The position numbers were made by a program, and so were the translations under genes. A stretch of 64,000 bases of DNA from the NCBI RefSeq assembly GCF_004010195.1, contig NC_057718.1:38005152-38069151 (forward strand). The letters are read 5' to 3'. A model generated the notes under the pieces. It was not told the origin of the DNA and ran no database searches. It saw only the letters and a program-made list of their open reading frames with translations. Below are positions 13,601 through 25,600 of this stretch, one piece after another. This DNA is from Chiloscyllium plagiosum (lineage: Eukaryota). Position 1 is the stretch's first letter. Each line of letters starts with the position of its first letter.

Positions 13601-16600
13601 GAGGGTGAGGTTTCATGGTACTATCGCAAGAGAATTAGCTGATGTTCTTGAGACCCAGCTGCAAGTCCCACCATGGCATCTGATGAAATTTGAATTGAAT
13701 TAAAAAATCTGGAAGTAAGTATTTAATGATAACTATGAAACCATCATTGTTTGTTGAAAAAAACCCATCCGACTCACTCATGTCCTTCAGGGAAGGAAAT
13801 CTGCCATCCTCATCTTGTCTGGCCGATATGTGAATCCAGACCGAGTCAGATGGTTGACTCTCAACTGTCCTCTGAAAAGACCTAAGATCTGGAAAAGCTA
13901 ACAGCAGAAACAGCCCTGTCCAATCTGCAAAAACCAACTGTACCTCCTTATTAATACTGAGACAGCTGTCGTACAGCCGAGTCAAGTAACTAGATATCCG
14001 AAACTAATCTAGTCCCATTTGATAGCACTCGGCCCATATCCCTCCAAACCTTTCTTATTCATATACCAATCCAGATGCCTTTTAAATGTTGCAACTGGAC
14101 CAGTCTCCACCACTTCCTCTGGCAGCTCATTCTATACACGCACCACCCTGTGTGTGAAAACGTTGCTTCTTAGGTCTCTTTTATATCTTTCCCCTCTCAC
14201 CCTAAACCTATACCCTCTAGTTCTGGACTCCACCACCCAAGGAGAAAGACCTTGTCTATTACTCTATCCATGTCCCTCATGATTTTATAAACCTCGCTAG
14301 CTAGTGGAATAAAATTCTTCGTTTTGACACTTCGCTCACAAGGACTGACTTTTAAATGTACACAAATTTAGCATAGGTGAAGACGGAAATATATGTCCAT
14401 CAATGTCATAAATAAAACTTCCAGCTACATAATGTACACCAAATCCTTATTATCCGCAGGAACAAGAACATGAATGTCTCACGGTTCATGCTATAACAGG
14501 AATCTCCTATCGAACCAAAAAATATGCAATCCACTGGGACCTGTCAATTCAGGGGGAGAAAAAAAAAAAAAATCAGGGCTGGTGCTGATTTTGAGAGTAA
14601 CCAGATCCATGGATAGTCAGTGTATAATCCTTTGCTCATGATTTATTACGCACTGTTATGGATTCATATCTCATGCATTTCTCCTATCTCATGCATATAA
14701 ATCATGTATTTTGAACAGATTGTCTATACTGGACATTAGATTACTTACTTGCAATGTGGAAACAGGCCATTCGGCCCAACAAGTCCACACCGACCCGCCG
14801 AAGCACAACCCACCCAGACCCATTCCCCTACATTTACCCCTTCACCTAACACTACAGGCAATTTAGCATGGCCAGTTCACCTAACCTGCACATTTTTGGA
14901 CTGAGGAGGAAACCGGAGCACCCAGAGAAAACCCACACAGACACGGGGAGAATGTGCAAACTCCACACAGACAGTTCCCTGAGGTGGGAATTCAACCCGG
15001 GTCTCTGGCGCTGTGAGGCAGCAGTGCTAACCACTGTGCCACCATGCCCCCTAAGTTGAGTCCTTCTGTCTTTAAAGCTTATCCATCTCCCCAAAATACC
15101 TCCTCTCTCCAAAACCATAGTAACTTGTTTTTTAAAAATATGCCTATGATTTGATAATTTTGTACATAGTTCGAGATTAGGGGAAATTGCCTTAAACTTC
15201 CTGTTGACCCCGCAAAGGAAACAGATTAAAGCCCAAATGATGACATGCACTTGAAGTTACTCTGTAGTGTTGTTTAAATAGATTTGCTGAAGCAATGAAA
15301 GTGCAATCATTACTGAAAAAATAAGTCTTTCCATAAAATATTAAGTCCACAGACTGGGGTGCAGGTATGGAATGAGCTGCCACAAGAAGTGGTGGAGGCT
15401 GGTTCAATTGCAACATTCAAAAGGCATCTGGACAGGTATAGGAGTAGAAAGAGTTTATAATGATATGGGCCAGTGCTAGCAAATAGGATTAGATTAGGTT
15501 AGGATATCTGGTCAGCATGGATATGTTGGACCAAAGGGTCTGTTTCTGTGCTATACATCTCTATGATTTTAAGTGTATGTAGTAATGAAATGTAATACTA
15601 ATATTTACACACAAAGAGCATTTGGATCAAAATAAAATTATTTCCTTTTGGAACAAATCACCTGTTATTGTCCTGACATTCTTATTTTCTGAAGTGAAAA
15701 TCTGAAACCAACCTGCATGCGTTTTAACAACTGCAAGAAGACCCCGAAACCTTCAAGAAATTTCTCCCTTAGTTTGTCTGTCCACTCCATGGGTTTGCTA
15801 ACCAACACATACCTGTGAAAGAAAGAGCACTCGATTGAAAATAGAATTTTAAAAAATTCTTCTGTTTATATTGTCGAAGAATTACCACGTAGTTCCAAAG
15901 TCAAATCTAAGAAGAAATAATTGCAGTCTTCACATGACCAATTAAGTGTTGATTAAAAAAATGTTTTGAAAAGGCTGCACTGCAAATTTGAGGGAGGAAT
16001 ACTAACTATAATTCCTGGATAATGCCATTTCTTTCTCCGCAATATAAAACATCTACCTTGACTTCACTTCCAAACAGAAGAAACTCCGCAAATGCACAAC
16101 TTCTGTGCTCACTGAATTGCCAGTTGAAACTACATAACAAAATCCTGAAATATCACTGAGCTAAATTACTGTACTCATTTTTATAAATCTTGAATTCTAA
16201 CAGTATGTCCCTGACAAATTACTAAATGTGGGTATTAGTCAAAATATTCAGGAAATAATTTATCTGCTTCCCTTGTCTGTGCTATTTTGCATAATTTACT
16301 ATTCCAGTGCAGTGGTTCATCAGTCTGCATTTTCCATATCCCCAAACCAACTATACTATTTCTGTACCCATCAGTCACTCCATTTTTACTAACAATTTTC
16401 CTCCTTTTATTTTCATTTGAGAATGTACTTGACAAAACCATGACACTGATAGACAATCACTTAAGACTAAATAAAATGAAGACATGGTCAACTGACATGT
16501 CAAGGTTAATTCATGAACAACTTAGGTACAAAAAAAACCTAACATCTTATAATTGCACAAATCAAAACCATTGACAAAAACAATGAACCCGGGTAAAAAG

Positions 16601-19600
16601 AGACTACTAAAAGAGGCTACCTTTCAATCAGAAATTGACGACTTAAGCATCAGGAAATGTTTCAATAAACTAGCACTGATTTCACTGCAGAATGTGAATC
16701 ACCAACAGTACCAACTATACATCTCGCACATCTTAATATATGACTTAAGAGCATGATTGGATCTGTCATGTTGCCTGTTTCTCATTGTCACAGGATTTTG
16801 TTGCATGTCTACAGGTGCCACTTTACAGCTAAACCTACTCCAAGGAATTAGATTATTGTGAAGGAAGGCTACTGCCCACGCTCTCTGTTACTTGTACACA
16901 ACCTCAAGCGCTAAGTACAGATGTTTCTCTGCTTTTGTTCCTTGCCACAAGTCTGCACTATATTATCATCGTGACTAGTCTGCAAACAGTACCAATCATC
17001 AAAAAGGATATCTTTCCATGGTACAATGGATTTTGTTTTCCCTTCCAACATCTTCCTTCTACAGTGAAGTGGAAGTTTACAGGGATCTCAAGGAGAAGTC
17101 AAGAGCAACTGAAGTGTGGCTGTGATTCAAAGAAAATCTCCAATTAGAAGTTGTTGTGGAGAAAATGTAGAGAATCACTCAGAGACACGGAGAGTTCTTC
17201 AAGGAGTAGGTCTTTTATTTGCAAACAAAAAACCGTGACACATCCTGTTCTTTACTTTCCATAAAGTCAGCCTCCTTTTCACAAATGAACTATCATTGTG
17301 GCCTATCTAGTAAACAAGAAGCAATCAGCAGTCCCTCCAGTCATCCTGACAGAAATACAATTTTTAAAGTTCAACTCTCATACTTACTTGAGATCACCAA
17401 TGAGACTTTGCACCCTTCTGAATTTGAAGGCTTGTACAGCTGTATACCTTTCAAACTGAAACCTGCCATGAGAATCCCGCTGTCTCATTAGATGCTCCAT
17501 GAATGTCTGTATTATGGTTGTCATAAGGTTTTCTTCGGTTATCAGCATGCGAGCCTAAAATACAAAAACTTAATATAGCAATCATGCTTCTCATGAATTT
17601 ATGAGTTGAAGGAGAAACATTTAGTCCTGGCCCATCATATCAAAAATGGTTGGCATGCCAAGCTCAAATTTATGAGAAACAGAAGGAATAGACACAGAAT
17701 TGCTTCTTGAATTGAACGCTCACTTCTGCCTTTTTTTAAATCAATGGGAAGGTGAGGGCATAACGTGAATGTCGATGGATTAGTAACCCAGTATCCAGGC
17801 CTAATGTTCTCAAACATGAATTCCACCATACCAGAGGGTCAAATGTGAATTCAGTAAAAATCTGAATTTCAAAGATTAGGCGAATGGTCAATTATCATAA
17901 ATACCTATCCCGTTCACCCATGTCCTTGAGATAAGGATTTCTGCTGTCCTTACTTGATCTGGTCTGCTTGTGATTTCAGACTGACAGGAATGTGGTCGAC
18001 TCTTAATTGACCTCTGAAATGGCCTTGCAAGCCACATAGTTAAAGGATGACCAAAAAATGCTCGGCCAACTAGCAAAGCCCATATCCCCTGGATTAACAA
18101 AAATATAGTTGTGGCAGAAACATGAACCAAAATCCTCAACAAATGATGTGAATACAGGTGATAAAGACATGAGGAAGTCAATTTGGAATGCATTATTAGA
18201 GATAGTTAAGATTTGACAAACATATTGTCAATTACACAAACGCACATTTTTCAACTTGATGGGCAAAGAAATACACAAAGGTTATGCCCTACATGGATCG
18301 GTTAAGAATCAAAGGGCAGCCTTTTGCATGAAGAATAATATGGCAAGGTATAAAATAAAAGAACCCATTGATCTTTCTTACCATATAGTCAGGAAAATAC
18401 CAATATATCAAAATGTAATCATGCAATGGAATACAAATTCCACTTTCTTGCCTTTTCTCTATAATCCTTAATTCCCTTCCTGAATATACATCTGTCTACC
18501 TCAGCCATGAATATACTTAATGACAGGCAAAAATAGAACAAATCAAAACCTTGCTATCTGTAGTGGCTAAGGCCTGGATTTCCAAAGGAATGCAATACAC
18601 GCTTATACTGCTCTAATGCAGCTCTCCGATCTATGGCAAAGAACTACACTGTCAGTTAATGGGAAAAAAAATCCATTTAGGGTCAACTTCGCAGGTGTAT
18701 TGATCTTTGGATAATGAGGATTGAGTGTACAACAAAACCTACATAGTTTAGAGGTAATTTTTAACTTATTTCCACAAGAAGTCATTAGCAAACATAAAAA
18801 ACATAGATGGACAGTGGAAGGACGTATTCATCCCATTAATTTGTCTGGTTTTAAATCCATTGCACATATCAACAGGAGTGGGTAAAGGCCATTCAGGTTC
18901 CCAACATCTCCTTCTCCAATGACTTTACATCAGAGAGACTCAATTTTCAAATCTGTAGCACAAGAAAAACTGTATTTTCATCTTTTGCCACAGAAAAAAT
19001 AATCACAGGTAAATGATGCAGAATTACATTTCAAGAGTTGCAGAATCACCTGTGATGAATGTGACCAGAAAGCCAGCAAAATCATCCTTATGAGAAAAGA
19101 TAGACAGAGAAACAGCAAACATGTGCAGTTAAGTGCCACAGTGCAATATTAGCACTCTCATGCAATGTTTTCTCAAACAATGTTTTAAGCTGAGCGAGAT
19201 GCTACAATAGTGCAATTAATAAAAGGCACATCACAGAACATTTAATTCAGCCTGTCAAGCCAGTTTCAAATCAAAATCCATAGGTTGTTCATTATGCAAA
19301 GAATGCATTGCTTCATTTCTTTTAGCAATGTTGAGACAGAACAATCAAAATATTGCATGCTGGTACACTATTTGTTTTGCAGTCTGATGCCCAGCACTGA
19401 ACTGCATTGATATCAGTGGAGAACAATGCGCTTCACAGTAAATTGGTTGCCAAGACTTTCTGGTAGGTTGAAAAATAATTTTCTCAATCATTGTCAAACT
19501 GATATATTTTCACAAGGTTTTTTAAAAGATGGAGGCAATGTTTTGCAATGAAGCTTGTTTTTCTGTTCATAGTTGATTCTCTTTAAGATACTGAATCATT

Positions 19601-22600
19601 AGTACAGAGTAATTGTTAAACTTCTGTACCTTGTCTAGGCGGCTGTTCTTCAAGTCTGAACACAATGATCATTAACGCACTGGGACATATGTGAAACAAC
19701 ATTAATCCTTTCTTCGTCTCATTAATTTATACAGAAATGGCTCGTGAGCCATCATCAGTACACGTCTTCCTTGCCAGTTTTCACCTGCAAATATTAAATC
19801 CTGATATCTATGACCAACCTAAGATCAACTTGAACTGCATGGGACCAAATGTAAACCTGGAACTTGGCTAATCTCGAAGGTTCAGAACTGTCCTTAACCT
19901 GATGATCCATTGAGAACCAACATAGAAAACTAATTTTTAATAACAGTGTGACCAAAACATCACATCTTTAATCAGACTTGAATGACTACTCACCAAGGAA
20001 GGTACTGTGAAAATTTGCAATGAAAGGTCGGTAACCGAGAACTCTCTGTCGTGGTCATCATTCACATAGTCAGTCTGCAACCTCTCATAGTTCTAATGAA
20101 AAGGCAGAGAAGAGGCAAGGAGGTGGACAAATGAAGTGAATAAAAACACATTGTACTCACCAATGTTGGAACAGTGAAGAGCTGGACAGAGAGAGCAGTC
20201 ACTGACACTACCCGCTCGTGATCATCCTCCATAAAATCTCTCTGCAACTGCGGGTAATTCTAAACAACAAGATAAATTCACCTGCAGGTCATGTCCAGGC
20301 TGTCCTCAGAATTAAATATTGATTCTATTTCTAATTATCAAGTTTTACATGCCTAAAAAGGATAGAGTGGCAAATATCCTCTATAAAATTTTCATTAGAA
20401 GAAGCAAAGGAAGTAAAGCAAAATAACTTAGCTCAAACTCATGAAATTTAAGCAAGTGTCTCACTTGCAATTATTTTTGCATTTGCAACCATTTTTTATG
20501 GGTCTTAATTTCAAAACAAGTTTTATTAATTTAACAAACGTGCATCCATTCAGAGAGTATGCTTTTTTGAATTGGTATATGGGGAGGTTTGCCTCAAAAT
20601 ATCACTTCTGGGAGACAATCAACTCATTAGCCAGAGTCAACACCAAGCAGTTAAGTCAGACTTTGCATGCTAGAATGCAAATTTAAACAGAACACCACTA
20701 ATTTCTGTACTTTCTCATACCAGGGAATCTTGTGACCCAAGTGAGACAATCAACCTGTCAGGAGCTTTGTGCTGAAACTTTGAGAAACTGGATTACCAAA
20801 AAACTTGTACTCGACTACAAAGGCCAAAGACTAGATTAGAGTGGTGCTAGAAAAGCACAGCAAATCAGGCAGCATCCGAGGAGCAGGAAAATCGCGTTTC
20901 GGGCAAAAGCCCTTCATCAGGCTTTTGCCCGAAACGTCGATTTTCCTGCTCCTCGGATGCTGCCTGACCTGCTGTGCTTTTCCAGCACCACTCTAATCTA
21001 GACTCTGGTTTCCAGCATCTGCAGTCCTTGTTTTTACCTACAAAGACCAAAGAGTCAGGAGACAGTTCTTTCATTCCATCAAAATTGCTGATCTCAAACT
21101 CAAGTCCAAAAGATGAAAGTATAGGGTAATGAACTAGTATGACACCTGAAACATCCTATATTCTTGTATTTATTTTCAAAAATATGACTCAACTTCATTT
21201 CATTGTGATTTAGAATGCAAATTGTCCAGCAGAAAATCAACAAGTGAAGAACAAAATAAATGAACAATTTGAGACAATTAAATTGGAAACACAAAATCTA
21301 ATCATAGGAACCTGACTCAGCCAGTTGATGTGCAAGTGCATTAATCAAATAATCAAGTGAAAAATCACATTTTAACGATCTGCTTCTGTGCCAACTTATG
21401 CTAAAATTCAAATATAGCTTTTGCATTTGAAAACATCATATACAGGAAAGCGTAAAGTGAGAACATCTATTCATAGTTATTATCATAAAATGATACAAAT
21501 CTTATTTTTTGAGTACACTTCTTGGAAGTGTACGTAATTTCAACAGTTAAAAAGCTGATGAGCTACTTCAAATAAAATCTTGTTACAAATTACACAATAA
21601 CAAAAGGAAGGAAAAAAATGGGTGAACTACACAATGTGAAGACAAATAAAAAGTAAGATTTTCAGCAAAAAGATTAAAGCAATCTTTATACAAATCATGA
21701 TGATACAGTGTAACTCATCGCTGCACTTACTTTTGCAAATCGAACTGCAAATAGCTTTTTGCTTTTCAGATCCATAAGAAGGCTGCTCATAAATAACTGA
21801 TGATAGATGTTCCTTGCGCCTTTGGATAAAGATTCAATAAATATTTATTCTTCAATCAGCAAGGAGAAAAACATGAAACAACAGTAAGGTAATATTGGGA
21901 AATCTTTATTCCGAATACCAGACCAATAAACGGCCTGGTTAAAAGTGATTTTGGCCATCGAAACACCACCTAACTTCACTGATTTAAACAAGATACCTTA
22001 ATCTTCTGTCCTCCTAACTCATTTACTGAAGTAGATAGGAATGGAAAACAAACTTGGCAAGTTAGCAATCATTCCTGAAGAAGGGCTTATGCCCGAAACG
22101 TCGATTCTCCTGTTCCCTGGATGCTGCCTGACCTGCTGCGCTTTTCCAGCAACACATTTCCAAGTTAGCAATCAAATCATGGATGCTCAGATTCCAATTG
22201 CATCAGCTCCCCATTCCATTTCATCCAAATGATAATGCATGATATTTGATTCAGAACTTTTTTGTAGACGATTTGACTGCAGAGACATCATAGGTGAACC
22301 TGAACATGTCATCATTTGGTGAACACGCACTATTTTCCTTTCAAGAATTTAGAAGTACAGTACCGAAACCATTTTTTTTTGAGTTGGAACTAGCCAAATC
22401 AGAACAGAATGTGAATTCAGAGTCATACAGCACAGAAACAGACCTGTCGTTCCAACCAATCCACGCTGAACATAATCTCAAACATTACTCATCCCACCTG
22501 TCTGTGGTTGGTCCATATCCCTCTAAACCTATCCTATTCATGGACTTCTCCAAATGTATTTTAACATTGTAACTGAACCCATATCCACCACTGGAAATTC

Positions 22601-25600
22601 ACTGTACACACAAACCACTGTGTAAAAATATTGCCCCTCATGCCTTTTTTAAATCTCTCTGCACTCACCTTAAAAATGCACTTCCCATCCTCGAAATCCC
22701 CTACCCAATCTATACCCCTCCTGACTTTATAAACCCCGATAAGATCACCCCATAATCTCCTATGGTCCAGTGAAAAAAGTCTTAGCCTCTCCAGCCTCAC
22801 CTTATAACTCAAATCTTCCATTCCTGGCAACATCCTGGTATATCTCTCTAAACCCTCTCCACTTTATTAATATCTTCCTATAAAAGAGCGACCAAAACAT
22901 TTTTTATATTTTTCTATTCACTCATGGGACATGGGCATCACTAGTTGGGCCCAGCATTTGCTGCCCATCCTTAGTTATATTATCCCGATGATGTGGAAGC
23001 AAGCCACCTGTCCCAATGCATCTGCACTGACCCAGGAAGAGCATCCTATCCCCCAACCCAACCCAGAACAGCACTTCATCTCTCGTGTGAGGACCCTACA
23101 GTGAATTCATTAACTTGACAGTCTGATCACAGTCTCAGATTTTTTTTACTCATCCCCTCACCTTGGTCCTAGCATAACATGGGTTGCTTTCAGCACAGCC
23201 TAACCATTCTCTCCTATTCTTAGCCCTCATTATCACTTATTCAGCTTTTCTGTCCTGGATGTCTATCAATAATCCATTTGTCTGCAAATTCCCTTTCATA
23301 TCTTTCTCCCTCTGGGCTCCTTCACCACCCATCTGCTCAACTTTCTCCTACCCTCACCAATACTCGAAACCCCAATTTCACTATAAATGCCACTGTTTCC
23401 TAGCTGTATCGGTTCCAAGAGTCATTACTCTGCTTTCTTCTCACAGGTGATGCCAGATCTACTGAGTTTCTCCAGCAATTTCTGTTTTTAATTTACATAT
23501 ACAGCCGTCTGACCTACATGGATGAGTTAGTCAACATTTAATCTCATTAAATTCAAACTTGAAACAACTTGTGGAACAGTTGGAATGTTTTGGTACAAAA
23601 GCAACCTGCATTTTCTAATGATTGAGCAGGCGAATCCGCAGGAGACAGATTCTGCTGTGGGTACCAAAATGAATTAAGTGATGTTGTGCATTGTTGTTTT
23701 CTGTGTTGTTATCTTTTGCAAAGCCTGTCTCGCCGCAGTAATGCACAACATTTGAATTTCTTTCTGTCATCAACTAGTGACTCCCAAGTGCAATAATCAA
23801 TGTCTACGGCCTTCGTGTCACACTTACAAGCACCTCTGAAGCAGCGCTTTGTGTATGTGTCTGGCTATCTCAGTGTACGCAGTCTCGTTGTGTAAGAGAC
23901 CATCTTCTGACCTGAAGACAAACCTAATCTAATAAAACCATCTGTATTTGCTGAGTAGTAACAAATTTGGACGTACCAACTTTGAAGAGGACTGTCACAT
24001 TTCTGATTTTGTCCTGCCAGGATAAACCCAGAATGCAGGAAACTAAGATGGAAATCATTGAAATTATTTTCTGGATAACTCAGTATGACCCATGCTTGGC
24101 AGCCAAACAAAAAGATACTGAGAACACAGGCATTGTAAATCATCAACCTGGTCCCAAGCACAATTTTGATGCTGGTCCATGCATATTGTAGAGCTAATCA
24201 AAATATTGTTGCTTTCCCTGAACATGAACCACATTCTGCATCAAGGGACCTAAGATTCATTGTGCAGCAAAGAAAGTCAAGAAACTGTGAAACTAGTCAA
24301 GACTTTCCACACTTGGAGCATGGTAGGAACTCCAACCTTGCTCGGCGTTTTCTGTTCATTATGTCATCTTTCGTCTTCTCAAGCTCAAGTGACAAAGGTT
24401 CTTCATTTAACTGAACAACGGAAAAGTACATACGAGTGGTGCATTACACCTTTATGTGGGTGTGGTGATAAGTTTTGAGGAAAAATTATGCAATGCATCA
24501 TGTGACTCAGACTCAGCAAGTGTGCTGAGGGGAATAAACCAGATCAGACATATGTACAAGTTCTCCTGCTCTGTAATGCCACCATCAATTCTTAATAAAT
24601 GAAACTCTATTTGTGTTTCCAAATTCTCAGTGTCTTCATGTTTACTCACTAATAAGTACAAGGCAAAGGTAACAAAACAAGCATCAAGTGTGGACCACAA
24701 AATGTCTCTCTCAAAGGAATACAGATTAACGTAGTATTAAGTCCAGAGGAACAGCTGTTTGCTTAGGTTAGAGAGGACTTCACTCACCATCTATCAACTT
24801 CTGGAGGGCAACTTTGGTGACAATAGAATCAAGTGCCCTTAAGACTGTTTCACACATAGCTCATGGATTTGCTATTTTCACAAGCAGTTTGGTTTAAGTG
24901 AAACAAGATGATCCAGTATTTATTATCACAACATTTTATGTTTTGCATAGCTGTCTTCATCAGGAGTTGTCAGAAGTGGATGAGAATGTGGAATTGGAAA
25001 CACAAATAGATCAGCCATGATCTTATTGAATGATGGAGCATGTTCAAGGGCAGACTTCTGCTTTTAATTTATATGTTCTTAATAGCTAGTAAATAATCTG
25101 ACTGTAAGAGAACAACTTGCGAACCATGACAGTATTACTATTAATTTCATCTCCAGTTTGAAAAAATGAAAAGAGAATTGCAAACTAAGGTATTAAACTT
25201 AAGCCAGGCAAATGTCAACGAGATGAAAAATAATTAAGCACCATGCTTCCAATTTGTGTCCAAGTAAGTTTAGTTTAGACATAACTAAAATATATATATA
25301 ACAAAATATTACCTTTCCAAAGTTTGGAGTCACAGAGCATCAATTTGTCAATGAGGGAAGAATTATCTTCATCTGGTCTTTGTTGTAATCCTACTTCACA
25401 TAATATTCGCCTTAATCCACCTTTATTTGGGGGAAAAAAAAACATTCTAATAAACGCCAGTTGTTAACTTACAGACAAGATGTTGAGAATTATAGTGCTA
25501 CCTGGCATTGTGTAGTGGCACCAAACATAGTGCTCTCCAGTTGCTTTGCACCACCCCAATTGAGAATCTTTCCCCTTCAAGTGCAAAGCACAAGTTCAAT

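Noticed and set aside
19994..20092. Exon 11b as an assembly duplication or pseudo-exon
   Set aside because: The DNA is too diverged from 11a for an artefact, yet length, frame, splice sites and protein motif are preserved.
20831..21037. CRISPR-like array or DNA-transposon MITE
   Set aside because: Eukaryotic context, no repeat-spacer periodicity, asymmetric arms, long TSD and identity to a Penelope terminus.
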